A stretch of 32,000 nt of DNA from Candidatus Jordarchaeales archaeon (GTDB lineage Archaea; Asgardarchaeota; Jordiarchaeia; Jordiarchaeales; Freyrarchaeaceae): NCBI GenBank assembly GCA_038889235.1, contig JAWAHN010000001.1, positions 240,001-272,000 of the forward strand, given 5' to 3'. The stretch's first letter is position 1; each line of letters begins with the position of its first letter. The notes under the pieces were generated by a model. The model was given only the letters and a program-made list of their open reading frames with translations. It was not told where the DNA came from and did not search any database. Position numbers and translations under genes: made by a program. Positions 8,445-17,696 of the stretch are shown here, piece after piece.

Positions 8445-8891
8445 TTGGTGGATGTCGTAGTGGTTTACTCGACTAGATCTGGAAACACCGGAAAGATGGC
8501 TAAAGCGGTAGCTGAAGGCGTTGCCGAGAAGGGGTTTGAAGTTAAAGTGTACGATCTTCGCAGGAGCATCTTTGAGGATTTTAGAGAGGAGCTTGAGAAG
8601 GCGAAAGGTATAGCGGTTGGTACACCCACTCACAACTATATGCCGGCGTATGAGGTCGGCATTTTCTTGTCTAAGATGAGGGAGCTGAACGTTAAGGGTA
8701 AAGCTGCAGCCGTGTTCGGCTCATACGGGTGGAGTGGGGAAGCAGTCTACGAGGTTCAACGGGTAATGAGGGAGCTGGGCTTCGACATTGTGGCTGAGCC
8801 TCTAAGGGTTATCGAAGAACCAGGCGAGGAAGAATTGAAGAAGTGCAAGGAGCTAGGTTTAGCGCTAGCTGAGAAAATTAAAGGGAAGTGA
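8445..8891 (+). CDS. Flavodoxin (FprA C-terminal-domain-like)
   Basis: STRSGNTGKMA FMN-phosphate loop, GTPT, FGSYGWSGEAV. Confidence 0.92.
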   Translation: MVDVVVVYSTRSGNTGKMAKAVAEGVAEKGFEVKVYDLRRSIFEDFREELEKAKGIAVGTPTHNYMPAYEVGIFLSKMRELNVKGKAAAVFGSYGWSGEAVYEVQRVMRELGFDIVAEPLRVIEEPGEEELKKCKELGLALAEKIKGK

Positions 8892-8897
8892 AGATGG

Positions 8898-9140
8898 CTA
8901 CCTTGAAAGCAGGGTTGCCCCCGTCTTAATGTTATATATCTTCTTTATCCTGTGCAGTGGTATAAATGCTCCCGACTTCAAGGCCACGAAGCCTCCTTCA
9001 ACGCGTTCAACATCAGCCAAACTGAACTCCTTGTAGGAGTTTTCGAACCGGTCCACGTAAACCGCCTTAAAATCCTCTGATCTTAGGGAAGGGTCCCACA
9101 AAATTTTGTTCACGACAGATTTGATGCTTCTGGGATCCAT
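8898..9140 (-). CDS. MJ1316/DUF504 family protein
   Basis: NKILWDP, YVDR and IPLHRI motifs; 80 aa. Confidence 0.85.
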   Translation of the reverse strand: MDPRSIKSVVNKILWDPSLRSEDFKAVYVDRFENSYKEFSLADVERVEGGFVALKSGAFIPLHRIKKIYNIKTGATLLSR

Positions 9141-9355
9141 TTGCCACTCCTCTAGGAAAATGTTTCAACACTTTTAAGTAACAATCAGAAAATCTAAACA
9201 TTTTCATGTTTCCACACATTAGTATTTACAAAATGTCTCGTTTGTTTTCAATTTTTTAAATAAATATGTAAAACAAAAAATATATTCTTTGAGGTATGAA
9301 GTTATTCATTTGGGGAAACAAATAAAGTTTCTCATGTTGGGAGGAAGAGGGGAGG

Positions 9356-10411
9356 TTGAGTGGGATTAATGAAGTCTATAGAGTCTCGCTTTTACTTGAA
9401 GAATTAAACGACTTGGTTAGAAGGGCTGCATCCATTGTTGAAGGGACTTTCTTCGAGTTTGTTTTAAAGTGGTACCTTTCTGGCTTCACGTCTGAGGCCG
9501 ACGAGGCTGTTTGGGAGATTAGGGAACTCGTGGTGCAGTACGGTAAACTTGCTTTGAGGCTGTTGCAATTTCTTCAGGACTTAAACTTGTTCGTTATTAC
9601 GGGGGGAAGGGAGGGAGAGAGGGCTGGTTTGCTGAGGACGGAACTAGAGGCGCTTACAAGTAGGATAAATGAAGCGTTTATAGTTGCAGCTCACAGGATT
9701 AATGAGTTTGAGGGCCTTTTAGAAGCCGTCGGGTTGCTTGAGAGGAGTAGGCGTGTGCTGGTGGAAGCTGTAAACGAGTGGGATGGGATTAAGAAGAGCG
9801 ACATTCTGGTTCTCTATTCAGTGCTTTTGGAGGGAGCCGACCTTAGGAGTGTTGTTTCCAGCATAAATGCTTGCAGGCGGTTTGTCTCTAAGTTTATAGG
9901 CGTATTCGACCTTCTAAATTTGAGAGAAAAGTACGAGGGGAGGGAGTTTGAGCTTCTAGAAGAAATGGGAAGGGTCGGTGAGCTCCTGTTTGACTTTCTA
10001 TGGATGGCGGCTATCGCGGGGTATCACGCTGCTAGAAGTATAAGAACGTTAGTGAGTGAGATTCAGGGGGAAATAGAGGCCGAAGAGGCCATGAAGAAGA
10101 TGCGAAACAACGAGAGCGTTTCACTGGTTATCCGCAACAGTACAAGCGTGGAGGAGATCGCTTTTACGTTGGTTCGTGTGCGACAAGAGATCGAAGACGC
10201 ACTCAGTGCAATTGATAGGGCGGTTGAACTGGGGGATAGGGTTAAAGCGCTGCTTGATGAACGCGATGAAAGCATAAGGAGCAGAGTGATTGACGCGTAC
10301 ATTAGACTTAGAGAGTGGAGGGAAAAGGCGAACCTAGTACTGGAGGATGTCTTAAACTTCCAGAACGTTATTGAAAAGAGGAGAAAGAGGAAGGTTCAGA
10401 AAGAGGCGTAA
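9356..10411 (+). CDS. Hypothetical all-helical protein
   Basis: 351-aa ORF with a strong RBS (GGGGAGG) and an AT-rich promoter region upstream; amphipathic helices; no family recognised. Confidence 0.75.
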   Translation: MSGINEVYRVSLLLEELNDLVRRAASIVEGTFFEFVLKWYLSGFTSEADEAVWEIRELVVQYGKLALRLLQFLQDLNLFVITGGREGERAGLLRTELEALTSRINEAFIVAAHRINEFEGLLEAVGLLERSRRVLVEAVNEWDGIKKSDILVLYSVLLEGADLRSVVSSINACRRFVSKFIGVFDLLNLREKYEGREFELLEEMGRVGELLFDFLWMAAIAGYHAARSIRTLVSEIQGEIEAEEAMKKMRNNESVSLVIRNSTSVEEIAFTLVRVRQEIEDALSAIDRAVELGDRVKALLDERDESIRSRVIDAYIRLREWREKANLVLEDVLNFQNVIEKRRKRKVQKEA

Positions 10412-10413
10412 CT

Positions 10414-10626
10414 CTATTTTTTGGTTTGTCGAAGCAGCTTGTTGAGTTCCTCTTCGAGCTTCCTGATCTTCTCTTCAAGGGCCGCGATGTAGCCTAAAAC
10501 GTAGTAATCCTGGTACTTACACCCGGAGCAGATTCTTATAGTCCTAACAGTCCCATCCGGGCACTCCACAGTTATTTGTTCGTATTGTTGAAAGCAGTTT
10601 TTGGGGCATCCTAAACTCCAATTCAA
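10414..10626 (-). CDS. Small Cys-rich (zinc-ribbon-like) protein with a C-terminal coiled coil
   Basis: A TTG start at 10626 follows GGTGA and overlaps the GH57 stop. CPKNC...CPDG...CSGC is followed by heptads LEEKIRKLEEELNKL. Confidence 0.6.
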   Translation of the reverse strand: MNWSLGCPKNCFQQYEQITVECPDGTVRTIRICSGCKYQDYYVLGYIAALEEKIRKLEEELNKLLRQTKK

Positions 10627-11801
10627 AATTTCACCTTCCTTGAAGCTTTTTCCAGAGCCTTCGCGAGAGCCTCCTCGCTTTTCTCTATGGATTCCAGGAG
10701 ATGGCGGTAGCAGAACCTCCTCCTCTCGGGGGCCGCATCCCAACCTCTTCCATCGCTCATTTCTCCGAGCATGAGGTTTCTAAGGGCCTCTTTGAGTGCT
10801 TGCTCCCCTTCATCTACCTTTAGACCCATGCCTTTAAGTGTTAGAATTATGCATCGCGAGAGCTCTAGTCTTCTTCTAGCTTCGCCTATCAGCATGTTTA
10901 TCACGTCGTTTTCGGGCCTGTTAAGCCAGACCGTGAAGCGAGCGTCGTGGCTCCAGCTCCCAGAGGGCATGTAGAAAGCTTTTTTGGGAACATTGTTTTT
11001 AAGGGCGGTTCTCACGCTGCACAGTTTCAGATTCGGAATGCTTTCAGCGAGGTCGTAGATGCGGCTTAGCGCGTCAAGCCCCTTCTTCCACCTGAGCCCT
11101 ATGAGTTCTGCGTCTGTTGAGACCACGAGGATAGGTTTGGTTGCCGCGTAGTGGTGGTAACGCTCCTTGAGGCGTTCCTCCATTAGCACATACTGCTCCA
11201 GTGCCGAAACGAAGTCCTCGACAGACTTCTTCCCTGCATACATCTCCCACAACATTTGACTCAAGCCGTAGTGCTGGAGGACACCCACTATATGCTTTCC
11301 TCTAGCTCCCTCAAGCCAGTATGGGAAGAATATTTCTTCTTCCGGGCATAATGGGTCAGCCATCCTAAAGACCTTGTCGCTGACCACAACCCACTTGAAC
11401 CCCAGCTTCCTGAGGATGTCGGTGAGGAAGGGGCTCCAGGCTAGTTCCGGTGGAAAGAAGCCTTCGGGTGTATAGCCTAAAGCGTCCTTGAAAGTGTCAA
11501 GCCCAAGTTTTATGTCCTCTTCTATCTCCCATGTTGGCGTCAGTGGTAGTATGAGGTGGTAGAAGCCGGATGCTGTTAAATCCACCACTCCTTTGGAAAC
11601 ACAGTCACAGAGGTATGGCACGAAATCCAAGGAGAGCTTCACAGCCTGGTCGATTGTCACCCCAGTCACGTTAAAGCTGACTTCTAGCCCGGACTCTAGG
11701 TGGAATTTGAGAAGGGGCTGGTACGACTTTGACGCTGCCTCCACGAGGTGGCGCTCGTTTCCAGGGGGTTGATGCACGTGCCACAGGAAACACACGAACA
11801 T
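10623..11801 (-). CDS. Glycoside hydrolase family 57 protein
   Basis: WHVHQP, FFPPELAW (nucleophile Glu), TDAELIG (acid/base Asp), GSWS. Confidence 0.88.
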   Translation of the reverse strand: MFVCFLWHVHQPPGNERHLVEAASKSYQPLLKFHLESGLEVSFNVTGVTIDQAVKLSLDFVPYLCDCVSKGVVDLTASGFYHLILPLTPTWEIEEDIKLGLDTFKDALGYTPEGFFPPELAWSPFLTDILRKLGFKWVVVSDKVFRMADPLCPEEEIFFPYWLEGARGKHIVGVLQHYGLSQMLWEMYAGKKSVEDFVSALEQYVLMEERLKERYHHYAATKPILVVSTDAELIGLRWKKGLDALSRIYDLAESIPNLKLCSVRTALKNNVPKKAFYMPSGSWSHDARFTVWLNRPENDVINMLIGEARRRLELSRCIILTLKGMGLKVDEGEQALKEALRNLMLGEMSDGRGWDAAPERRRFCYRHLLESIEKSEEALAKALEKASRKVKF

Positions 11802-11882
11802 TAGCTATGCCTCCTGCTTTTGCGCTTCTAGACAATAGGCTAAAAATTAAAGGTTTCCCTGAACGATTTTAAATGGTTCGGG

Positions 11883-12626
11883 GTGAAAGCCTTGGAGCTT
11901 AAGGGAAAGGTGGCGCTTGTAACTGGTGGTAGTGGCGGCATTGGGAGGAGCATTTGCATAAGCTTAGCTGCTAGGGGGTGCGATGTGGCGGTTAACTATC
12001 TTACTAGGCGTGACGAGGCACTGGAGGTTGTTAGTGAAGTGATGAGGCTTGGACGCAGGAGCATAGCTGTGAGGGCGGACGTTTCGAAGATGAGTGAGGT
12101 CGAAGAGATGGTTGAGACAGTTATACGTGAGCTTGGAGGGATAGACATACTTGTCAACTGCGCCGGAATACTAATAGTTAGACCGTCAATACTTGAGTTG
12201 ACGGAAGAGGAGTGGGATAGAACTATCGAGGTGAACTTGAAGGGGGTCTTCAACTGCTGCAAGGCTGTAGCTAAGCACATGATCGAGAAGAGAAGGGGTA
12301 AAATCGTCAATATTTCATCGATAGCAGGCAGGAATGGTGGGACTGTCGGGGTACACTACGCAGCTTCTAAGGCAGGAGTCATAGGGCTTACGATGAGCTT
12401 GGCATCCGAGCTGGCTCGCTTTGGCATAACTGTGAACGCGGTAGCCCCTGGACCAGTTGATACTAAGCTGCTGCCGGACGAGTTGAAGCAGAAGCTGGCG
12501 GCGCTGGTTCCACTGGGGAGGATAGCCCGGCCGGACGAGGTGGCGAGCGCAGTTATATTCCTACTGGAAAACGACCACGTGACAGGGATAACGATAGACG
12601 TTAACGGGGGGAGATGGTACTCCTGA
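11883..12626 (+). CDS. Short-chain dehydrogenase/reductase, FabG-like
   Basis: TGGSGGIG, VNCAG, YAASK, VNAVAPG. Confidence 0.92.
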   Translation: MKALELKGKVALVTGGSGGIGRSICISLAARGCDVAVNYLTRRDEALEVVSEVMRLGRRSIAVRADVSKMSEVEEMVETVIRELGGIDILVNCAGILIVRPSILELTEEEWDRTIEVNLKGVFNCCKAVAKHMIEKRRGKIVNISSIAGRNGGTVGVHYAASKAGVIGLTMSLASELARFGITVNAVAPGPVDTKLLPDELKQKLAALVPLGRIARPDEVASAVIFLLENDHVTGITIDVNGGRWYS

Positions 12627-12673
12627 AGAGAGACTGGCACGTGAACTACTAAACCTTGGCATAACGGTGATTG

Positions 12674-13492
12674 CTAATCTTTCCTAGCCTTGCGCAGCGA
12701 CTGGAGCAGTGGCTTTGGAACGGGGCTCCTCTTGTGCTCGCTTCTTGCGACCATTGAAACCACTTTCTTCACCGTCTCCAAAGGTATCCCGGTTTCTTCT
12801 GAGACCTTCTCCTGCGTGTAGCCGCACTCAACGAGACCATAGAGGACTAGGTCGAGAACCTCATACTTTATGCCCATTTCTTCCTCGTCTGTTTGCCCGG
12901 GCCACAACCCCGCTGTCGGAGGTTTCCAAATTATCCTTTTCGGGACTCCGAGCTCCTCCGCAAGCCACCTTACCTGCGTCTTGTAGAGGTCGCCTATAGG
13001 AAGTATGTCAACTCCACTGTCCCCGTACTTGGTGAAGTAGCCGACCATTATTTCGCTTTTGTTCCCCGTGCCTACGACGAGCATGTTTAAGGAGTTAGCA
13101 TAGTAGTAGAGCGTTGTCATTCTTAAGCGTGATTTGAGGTTCCCCGCGGCTAGCAGCTTTTCAGGGTTGTAACGTGGGCATGCTTTGGCGAAGGCTTCTT
13201 CGATGGGCTGTATGTTAACAACCTCAACTTCTATTCCTAGAAGGTCGGCAACGGCAAACGCGTCTTCGGTATCCTGCGCAGGGGTTGTCGAGGACGGCAT
13301 TATTAGTGCTAGCACTTTTTCCGGATTAAGGGCGTATGTAAGAAGGAAAGCAACAGTCGACGAGTCGACTCCACCGCTCAGCCCAAGAACGGCCCCGTTC
13401 GACCCAGACGTCTCCACCATCTCCCTAATGAAGGATGCTATTCGCTCCTTAACGAGGGCGAAGTCAAGCCTTAAGTCGTCGAGGCACAGCAA
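12674..13492 (-). CDS. nadE: NH3-dependent NAD+ synthetase
   Basis: LSGGVDS, GNLKSRLRM, TGNKSE, GYFTKYGD, PTAGLWPGQTDE. Confidence 0.96.
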   Translation of the reverse strand: MLCLDDLRLDFALVKERIASFIREMVETSGSNGAVLGLSGGVDSSTVAFLLTYALNPEKVLALIMPSSTTPAQDTEDAFAVADLLGIEVEVVNIQPIEEAFAKACPRYNPEKLLAAGNLKSRLRMTTLYYYANSLNMLVVGTGNKSEIMVGYFTKYGDSGVDILPIGDLYKTQVRWLAEELGVPKRIIWKPPTAGLWPGQTDEEEMGIKYEVLDLVLYGLVECGYTQEKVSEETGIPLETVKKVVSMVARSEHKRSPVPKPLLQSLRKARKD

Positions 13493-13604
13493 CCTGAACC
13501 CCCAAGCTGAAGAGCGGGAAAAAACCTAGATTTAACAGTTTTCATCCACACGGAAAAGTTAATATTAACCGTTAAGAAAATTCTTTCAAGCCCATCTGGA
13601 AGGG

Positions 13605-13826
13605 GTGAACCTAATGGGAATCAAGACGTTTAAGTCAGGTGACATAGTGATCAAAATAAACTTCGACAAGTGCAATGGAGATGGCGCCTGCGTCGACGCA
13701 TGCCCCTCAGAGGTGTTCGAGATAAGGGAAGGGAAATCTTACGCGGTAAGAGTTGAGGACTGTGTTGAGTGCTGCAGCTGTGTTGAAGCATGCCCCGAGG
13801 GAGCGATAGAGCACAGCTCCTGCTAA
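13605..13826 (+). CDS. Dicluster ferredoxin
   Basis: CNGDGACVDACP (Asp at the second ligand position) and CVECCSCVEACP. The real start may be the ATG at 13614. Confidence 0.9.
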   Translation: MNLMGIKTFKSGDIVIKINFDKCNGDGACVDACPSEVFEIREGKSYAVRVEDCVECCSCVEACPEGAIEHSSC

Positions 13827-13976
13827 CAGTGCACCAAAGGAAGGAAGATCTTCCCCGCTTCGACCCAAAACTTTTTCTATATTCTTTCCTTTTACCGCCT
13901 AACTCTCCACGGGTTGTCAGGGTCATGTTTTCTGATAGCCGCCCCCTGTATTGTTGCAAAGCCACCTGTCTTGAAT

Positions 13977-13983
13977 AAAAAAA
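13977..13983 (-). terminator. Oligo-T terminator after the SDR-CMD gene pair
   Basis: T7 on the minus strand 20 nt past the stop at 14003. Confidence 0.4.
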
Positions 13984-14002
13984 GAGTGTTGCATGTGGGC
14001 GT

Positions 14003-14320
14003 CTAAAGCTTTCCTTCTTCCTTGCACCACCTGAGCACTTGCAGGAATCTTGGTGCTCCAAGGTATATGAGGAGCAGTAGTAAGAAGTTTTTTAATTCCT
14101 CTTTTGTGAAGCCGCTCCTCATCAGCTCGTTGAGGTGGAACTTAAACTCGTTCTCGTAGCCCTTTGCAGCCAGTATTGTCGTAATTATTATTTCTCTTGT
14201 TTTTACGTCGAAGAAGCTGTATGGAGCCGACACGAGCGCGATGAACTTCTGGAATTCTTCGGGAAAATCTTCAGAGAACTTTTGAAGAGACTTCACTACT
14301 TCCTCTACCTTGGAGGACAT
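14003..14320 (-). CDS. Carboxymuconolactone decarboxylase/AhpD-like family protein
   Basis: DVKTREIIITTILAA...FHLNE...GFTKEEL...YLGAP pattern; ATG at 14320. Confidence 0.8.
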   Translation of the reverse strand: MSSKVEEVVKSLQKFSEDFPEEFQKFIALVSAPYSFFDVKTREIIITTILAAKGYENEFKFHLNELMRSGFTKEELKNFLLLLLIYLGAPRFLQVLRWCKEEGKL

Positions 14321-14336
14321 TTTCTCCCCTTCTCTC

Positions 14337-15128
14337 TTAGAGAAGTTTTTCTTCGCCCCTACGTCTTCCACCAGCTGCTAGTAGGCCGCCGTCCACGATT
14401 AATGTTGTGCCCGTCACGTATGAGGCTTCGTCGGATGCGAGGTACAAGGCGGCGTATGCCGTGTCCCAAGCTGTCCCTATCTTCCCTAGGGGGATTACTT
14501 GTTTCAGGAATTCACGCCTTGACTCGGTCATTATTGGAGCAACCATTGGGGTATCCAGGAAGCCGGGTGCTATGCAGTTAACCCTTATGTTGTATTTTGC
14601 TAGGTCGACGGCCATGCACTTCGTCATGTTTATGATTGCCGCCTTCGTCGTGCCGTAGCTTAGGCAGGGATGTGCAACGAAAGCAGCCGCCGATGAAATA
14701 TTTATTATCACTCCGCCGCCGGATTTGATCATTGCCGGTACAGCATGCTTCGACATGAGGAATATGCTTTTCAGATTTGTGGTGATTACTCTATCCCATT
14801 CCTCCTCGCTTGTTTCGAGGAGGCCTAAGCCGCTCGCTATTCCGACGACGTTGACGAGTATGTCTAGTTTTCCGAAGTTTTCGAGTGTTGTGTTAACGAT
14901 TCGTTTAGCATCCTCACTCTTTGTGGCGTCACCCTGGACAGCGATAGCCTTTCCACCTGTCTCGCGGATCATTCTCACAGTTTCTTCCGCCGAAGAGAGG
15001 TTTATGTCGGCGCATGCAACCTTAGCTCCTTCTTGCGCGAAAAGGATGGAAATAGCACGTCCATTCCCTATACCCGGACCGCTAGAACCGGCGCCAACGA
15101 CCAATGCCACCTTATCCTTCAGTCTCAA
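14337..15128 (-). CDS. Short-chain dehydrogenase/reductase
   Basis: VGAGSSGPGIGNG, NISS, YGTTK, VNCIAPG. Confidence 0.92.
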   Translation of the reverse strand: MRLKDKVALVVGAGSSGPGIGNGRAISILFAQEGAKVACADINLSSAEETVRMIRETGGKAIAVQGDATKSEDAKRIVNTTLENFGKLDILVNVVGIASGLGLLETSEEEWDRVITTNLKSIFLMSKHAVPAMIKSGGGVIINISSAAAFVAHPCLSYGTTKAAIINMTKCMAVDLAKYNIRVNCIAPGFLDTPMVAPIMTESRREFLKQVIPLGKIGTAWDTAYAALYLASDEASYVTGTTLIVDGGLLAAGGRRRGEEKLL

Positions 15129-15183
15129 ACTTCTTCAACCCCCTCCAACCTACAAAACAATCGACACGGAAACATACGTGTTT

Positions 15184-15966
15184 TTATTTTTTGTAGTGTG
15201 AAAGGTAGGCTTTTTTGTGCGCGCACGTTGAAAGCAGCTGCCTTGTCCCTCCCCCCTGGCTGACCACTCGGAGCATTTCCTTTGGGTCTGTTATAGTTAC
15301 CCCCATTACTGCTGTTGCTCCGCGGTCGAAGAGGACATCTGGAAGAATGCTTGCGGTCGGGCCTGCGACGGCAACTATCCTTGCTTTCAAGTCCATTTCG
15401 AGGAATTCATCTATAGTCTTGTTTACAAGTGTGCTTCCCGTTATCACAACTACGTCCGCTTTTTTTAGGTGGTTTTCAGCCTCGCTCGGAGGAACGACCG
15501 GCACCATGGCGTTATCTATCTTCGCTATTTCTGAAACGACAACCTTGCACTTCTTGTCCAGTAGCTTTCTAAGGACAGGCTCCATGTAACCGACCATAAC
15601 GACGCTTTCACCCTCATTGACTATGTCTGCGACGTCAAGCGTTACAGGCGTGTAGCTTGGGTCTCTTTCCATTATGACTTGAGAGAGAGCGTTGAGGGCG
15701 GCTACTCCAACGGATGCCTCAACCAAGTTTGCCGAGAGAGAAAGTGCTGCTAGGTCCAGTGGGTCTAGCTCATGGAGCGAGCCGGCGCCATCTATGGGGC
15801 TGCATAAGGAGCTTGCCCTGAAGACGTAAGCCACTCCACCGTGAACGCCGTGGCTGGTGCGCAGAGCCACCCCTGCGTAGAAGAGGCCAACTGCAACTCC
15901 TTCAACTTCTACCTTTAACTCTCCGAGGCGTTCTTTAACCAGTTCGAAGGTCTCTTCAACTATCAC
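15184..15966 (-). CDS. DUF364 family (Rossmann-like) protein
   Basis: ASVGVAALNAL, ADVVVITGSTLVNKT, GPTASILPDVLF, QGGG. Confidence 0.85.
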   Translation of the reverse strand: MIVEETFELVKERLGELKVEVEGVAVGLFYAGVALRTSHGVHGGVAYVFRASSLCSPIDGAGSLHELDPLDLAALSLSANLVEASVGVAALNALSQVIMERDPSYTPVTLDVADIVNEGESVVMVGYMEPVLRKLLDKKCKVVVSEIAKIDNAMVPVVPPSEAENHLKKADVVVITGSTLVNKTIDEFLEMDLKARIVAVAGPTASILPDVLFDRGATAVMGVTITDPKEMLRVVSQGGGTRQLLSTCAHKKAYLSHYKK

Positions 15967-15985
15967 CTTTTTCTCTCCCGCACTT

Positions 15986-17575
15986 TTACCCTAGTGCCCT
16001 TCTGATTCTTCCGCCGTGCAGGATTAGCTGCCTGGCGACCTCCTCCACCCCTCCGTCCCTAACGAACTCTTTGAGCTCGGAGTTTCTGAGGCTTCCTTCG
16101 TGCATCGATTTCAGCGCAGCATACTCTGAGAACATCATAGTGATAGCCCTATGTGGCAGTGAGCACTCTTCTTCCGGTGAGAGGAAGTCCTTTATGAATT
16201 TCACATCCTCAGCTATGTCTGAAATGAACTGTTCTGGGAAAACTTTCCTTGCAGCGTCGAGACACAGGTATCTCCAAGACGAGGATATGTCTGTCTCCAG
16301 TGACGGGTAGAAGTCGAGGAGATGTTCGATGGCGTTTTTCATCTTCTTCTCCAGTATGTTTATGGCGCGGCCGACGCCTATTAGTTCTGGGGGGACGCCG
16401 AGAGTGTACATTAAAGCCGTGTATTTTACTGGCGGAGGAATGCTGAACGGCTCTGGAGTTGAAGCTTTAGCCCCGAATTTTAGGCATTCTAACTCCTTCG
16501 AAGCCACTTCTACTGCTTTGTTAACTACTGCCTCCCTTCTGTCCGGTACTAGGGGGGCGAGCTTTTCAAGCACCTTCGAGGCCTTCGAAATTGTCTTAAT
16601 GTATTCGTGGGCGAAGACAGCCGTCATCTCTTTGATTTGGGTTTCTTCTTCCTCACTAAACTCTGGGAGGTTTCTCTTTCCGTGCAGCTCCTCTTTCAGA
16701 AGTTTGACTAGATTCGGTGTTCTTTTACCCTCTGAGTCGTAGACGACGCTCGGGGACAGGGCTACCGTGGAGATACCACTGTAGGTTTTAAGGATGAGGT
16801 CTTTTTGCCCGTGACCGATGTTCCCCCTCAGCGGGAGGGAACTAAACTCGAGTATAGGGTACACGGGTATGGAGGAGGACTCGGAGATTTCTCTTAGCTT
16901 GGAGAGGGCTAATCTGATGGTTAGGACGGAAGACACCATTCCAAATTTCGTCGAAATTAATTCTCTAGACAAGTATATTCTCAACTTCTCGATCTCGCCT
17001 TGGGAGTGCATTATTTCGTGTGCGCTGATGTAGCTGGAGGCTATCGCCGCAGCGTTTAGCATGAGGTTTAGCTCGTCAAGTAATGGTATAAGGCGAAGGT
17101 CTTCGACGTCGACAGTCCTTTGCATGTTCTCGTTCTCAACGATATAGTTTTTTATAATGTTGAAGTTGGTTTCAAGCCGAACCAAGCTTCTTACATCGCC
17201 GTTTACGACCGGGTATACAGCCTCCTCAACTATGTTGCTGCCGAAGTACTGGTGGGCGATGTAGTTCGCTTCGATAATGGAGTGAAGTATGGAGGTTCTT
17301 CTCAGTCCGGCGGCGTTTCCAGCCGGCATACGCGGAGTGACTTTTACCCTGGTGCTTTGGAGTACGCCTTTCTCCGCTAAGCGGGAGACTATGCTGACCA
17401 CCTGGTTGCAGGGGGTCATTTTTCCTTCGAAGTCCACCATTAGCTCGTCGAACCCATGCCCGCCCTCATCAGCGGGTGACAGAAACATAACAGCCTCATC
17501 GGGTTCTTCAGACAAGGGAACGTAGGTTGATGCGAAGTCAGGGTTTTGGGTAATCATGACGGCGGGAACTCTCAT
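15986..17575 (-). CDS. ppcA: Archaeal-type phosphoenolpyruvate carboxylase homologue with degenerate catalytic motifs
   Basis: MITQNPD, DFEGKMTP, VTPRMP, SLPLRG, MYTLGVPPELIGVGRA and C-terminal GRIRRALG are colinear with PepcA. Confidence 0.8.
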   Translation of the reverse strand: MRVPAVMITQNPDFASTYVPLSEEPDEAVMFLSPADEGGHGFDELMVDFEGKMTPCNQVVSIVSRLAEKGVLQSTRVKVTPRMPAGNAAGLRRTSILHSIIEANYIAHQYFGSNIVEEAVYPVVNGDVRSLVRLETNFNIIKNYIVENENMQRTVDVEDLRLIPLLDELNLMLNAAAIASSYISAHEIMHSQGEIEKLRIYLSRELISTKFGMVSSVLTIRLALSKLREISESSSIPVYPILEFSSLPLRGNIGHGQKDLILKTYSGISTVALSPSVVYDSEGKRTPNLVKLLKEELHGKRNLPEFSEEEETQIKEMTAVFAHEYIKTISKASKVLEKLAPLVPDRREAVVNKAVEVASKELECLKFGAKASTPEPFSIPPPVKYTALMYTLGVPPELIGVGRAINILEKKMKNAIEHLLDFYPSLETDISSSWRYLCLDAARKVFPEQFISDIAEDVKFIKDFLSPEEECSLPHRAITMMFSEYAALKSMHEGSLRNSELKEFVRDGGVEEVARQLILHGGRIRRALG

Positions 17576-17696
17576 AGATGACACCAACCCCTCCTTATGA
17601 ATAAAAGGGGCGTTGTCATGTAAAAAGTTATTCTCCGAAGACCACTTTTAAAAAGGGGTTTGCTTCTCTCTCTTTTCAAGAAGGGGCCTAAAGGAG

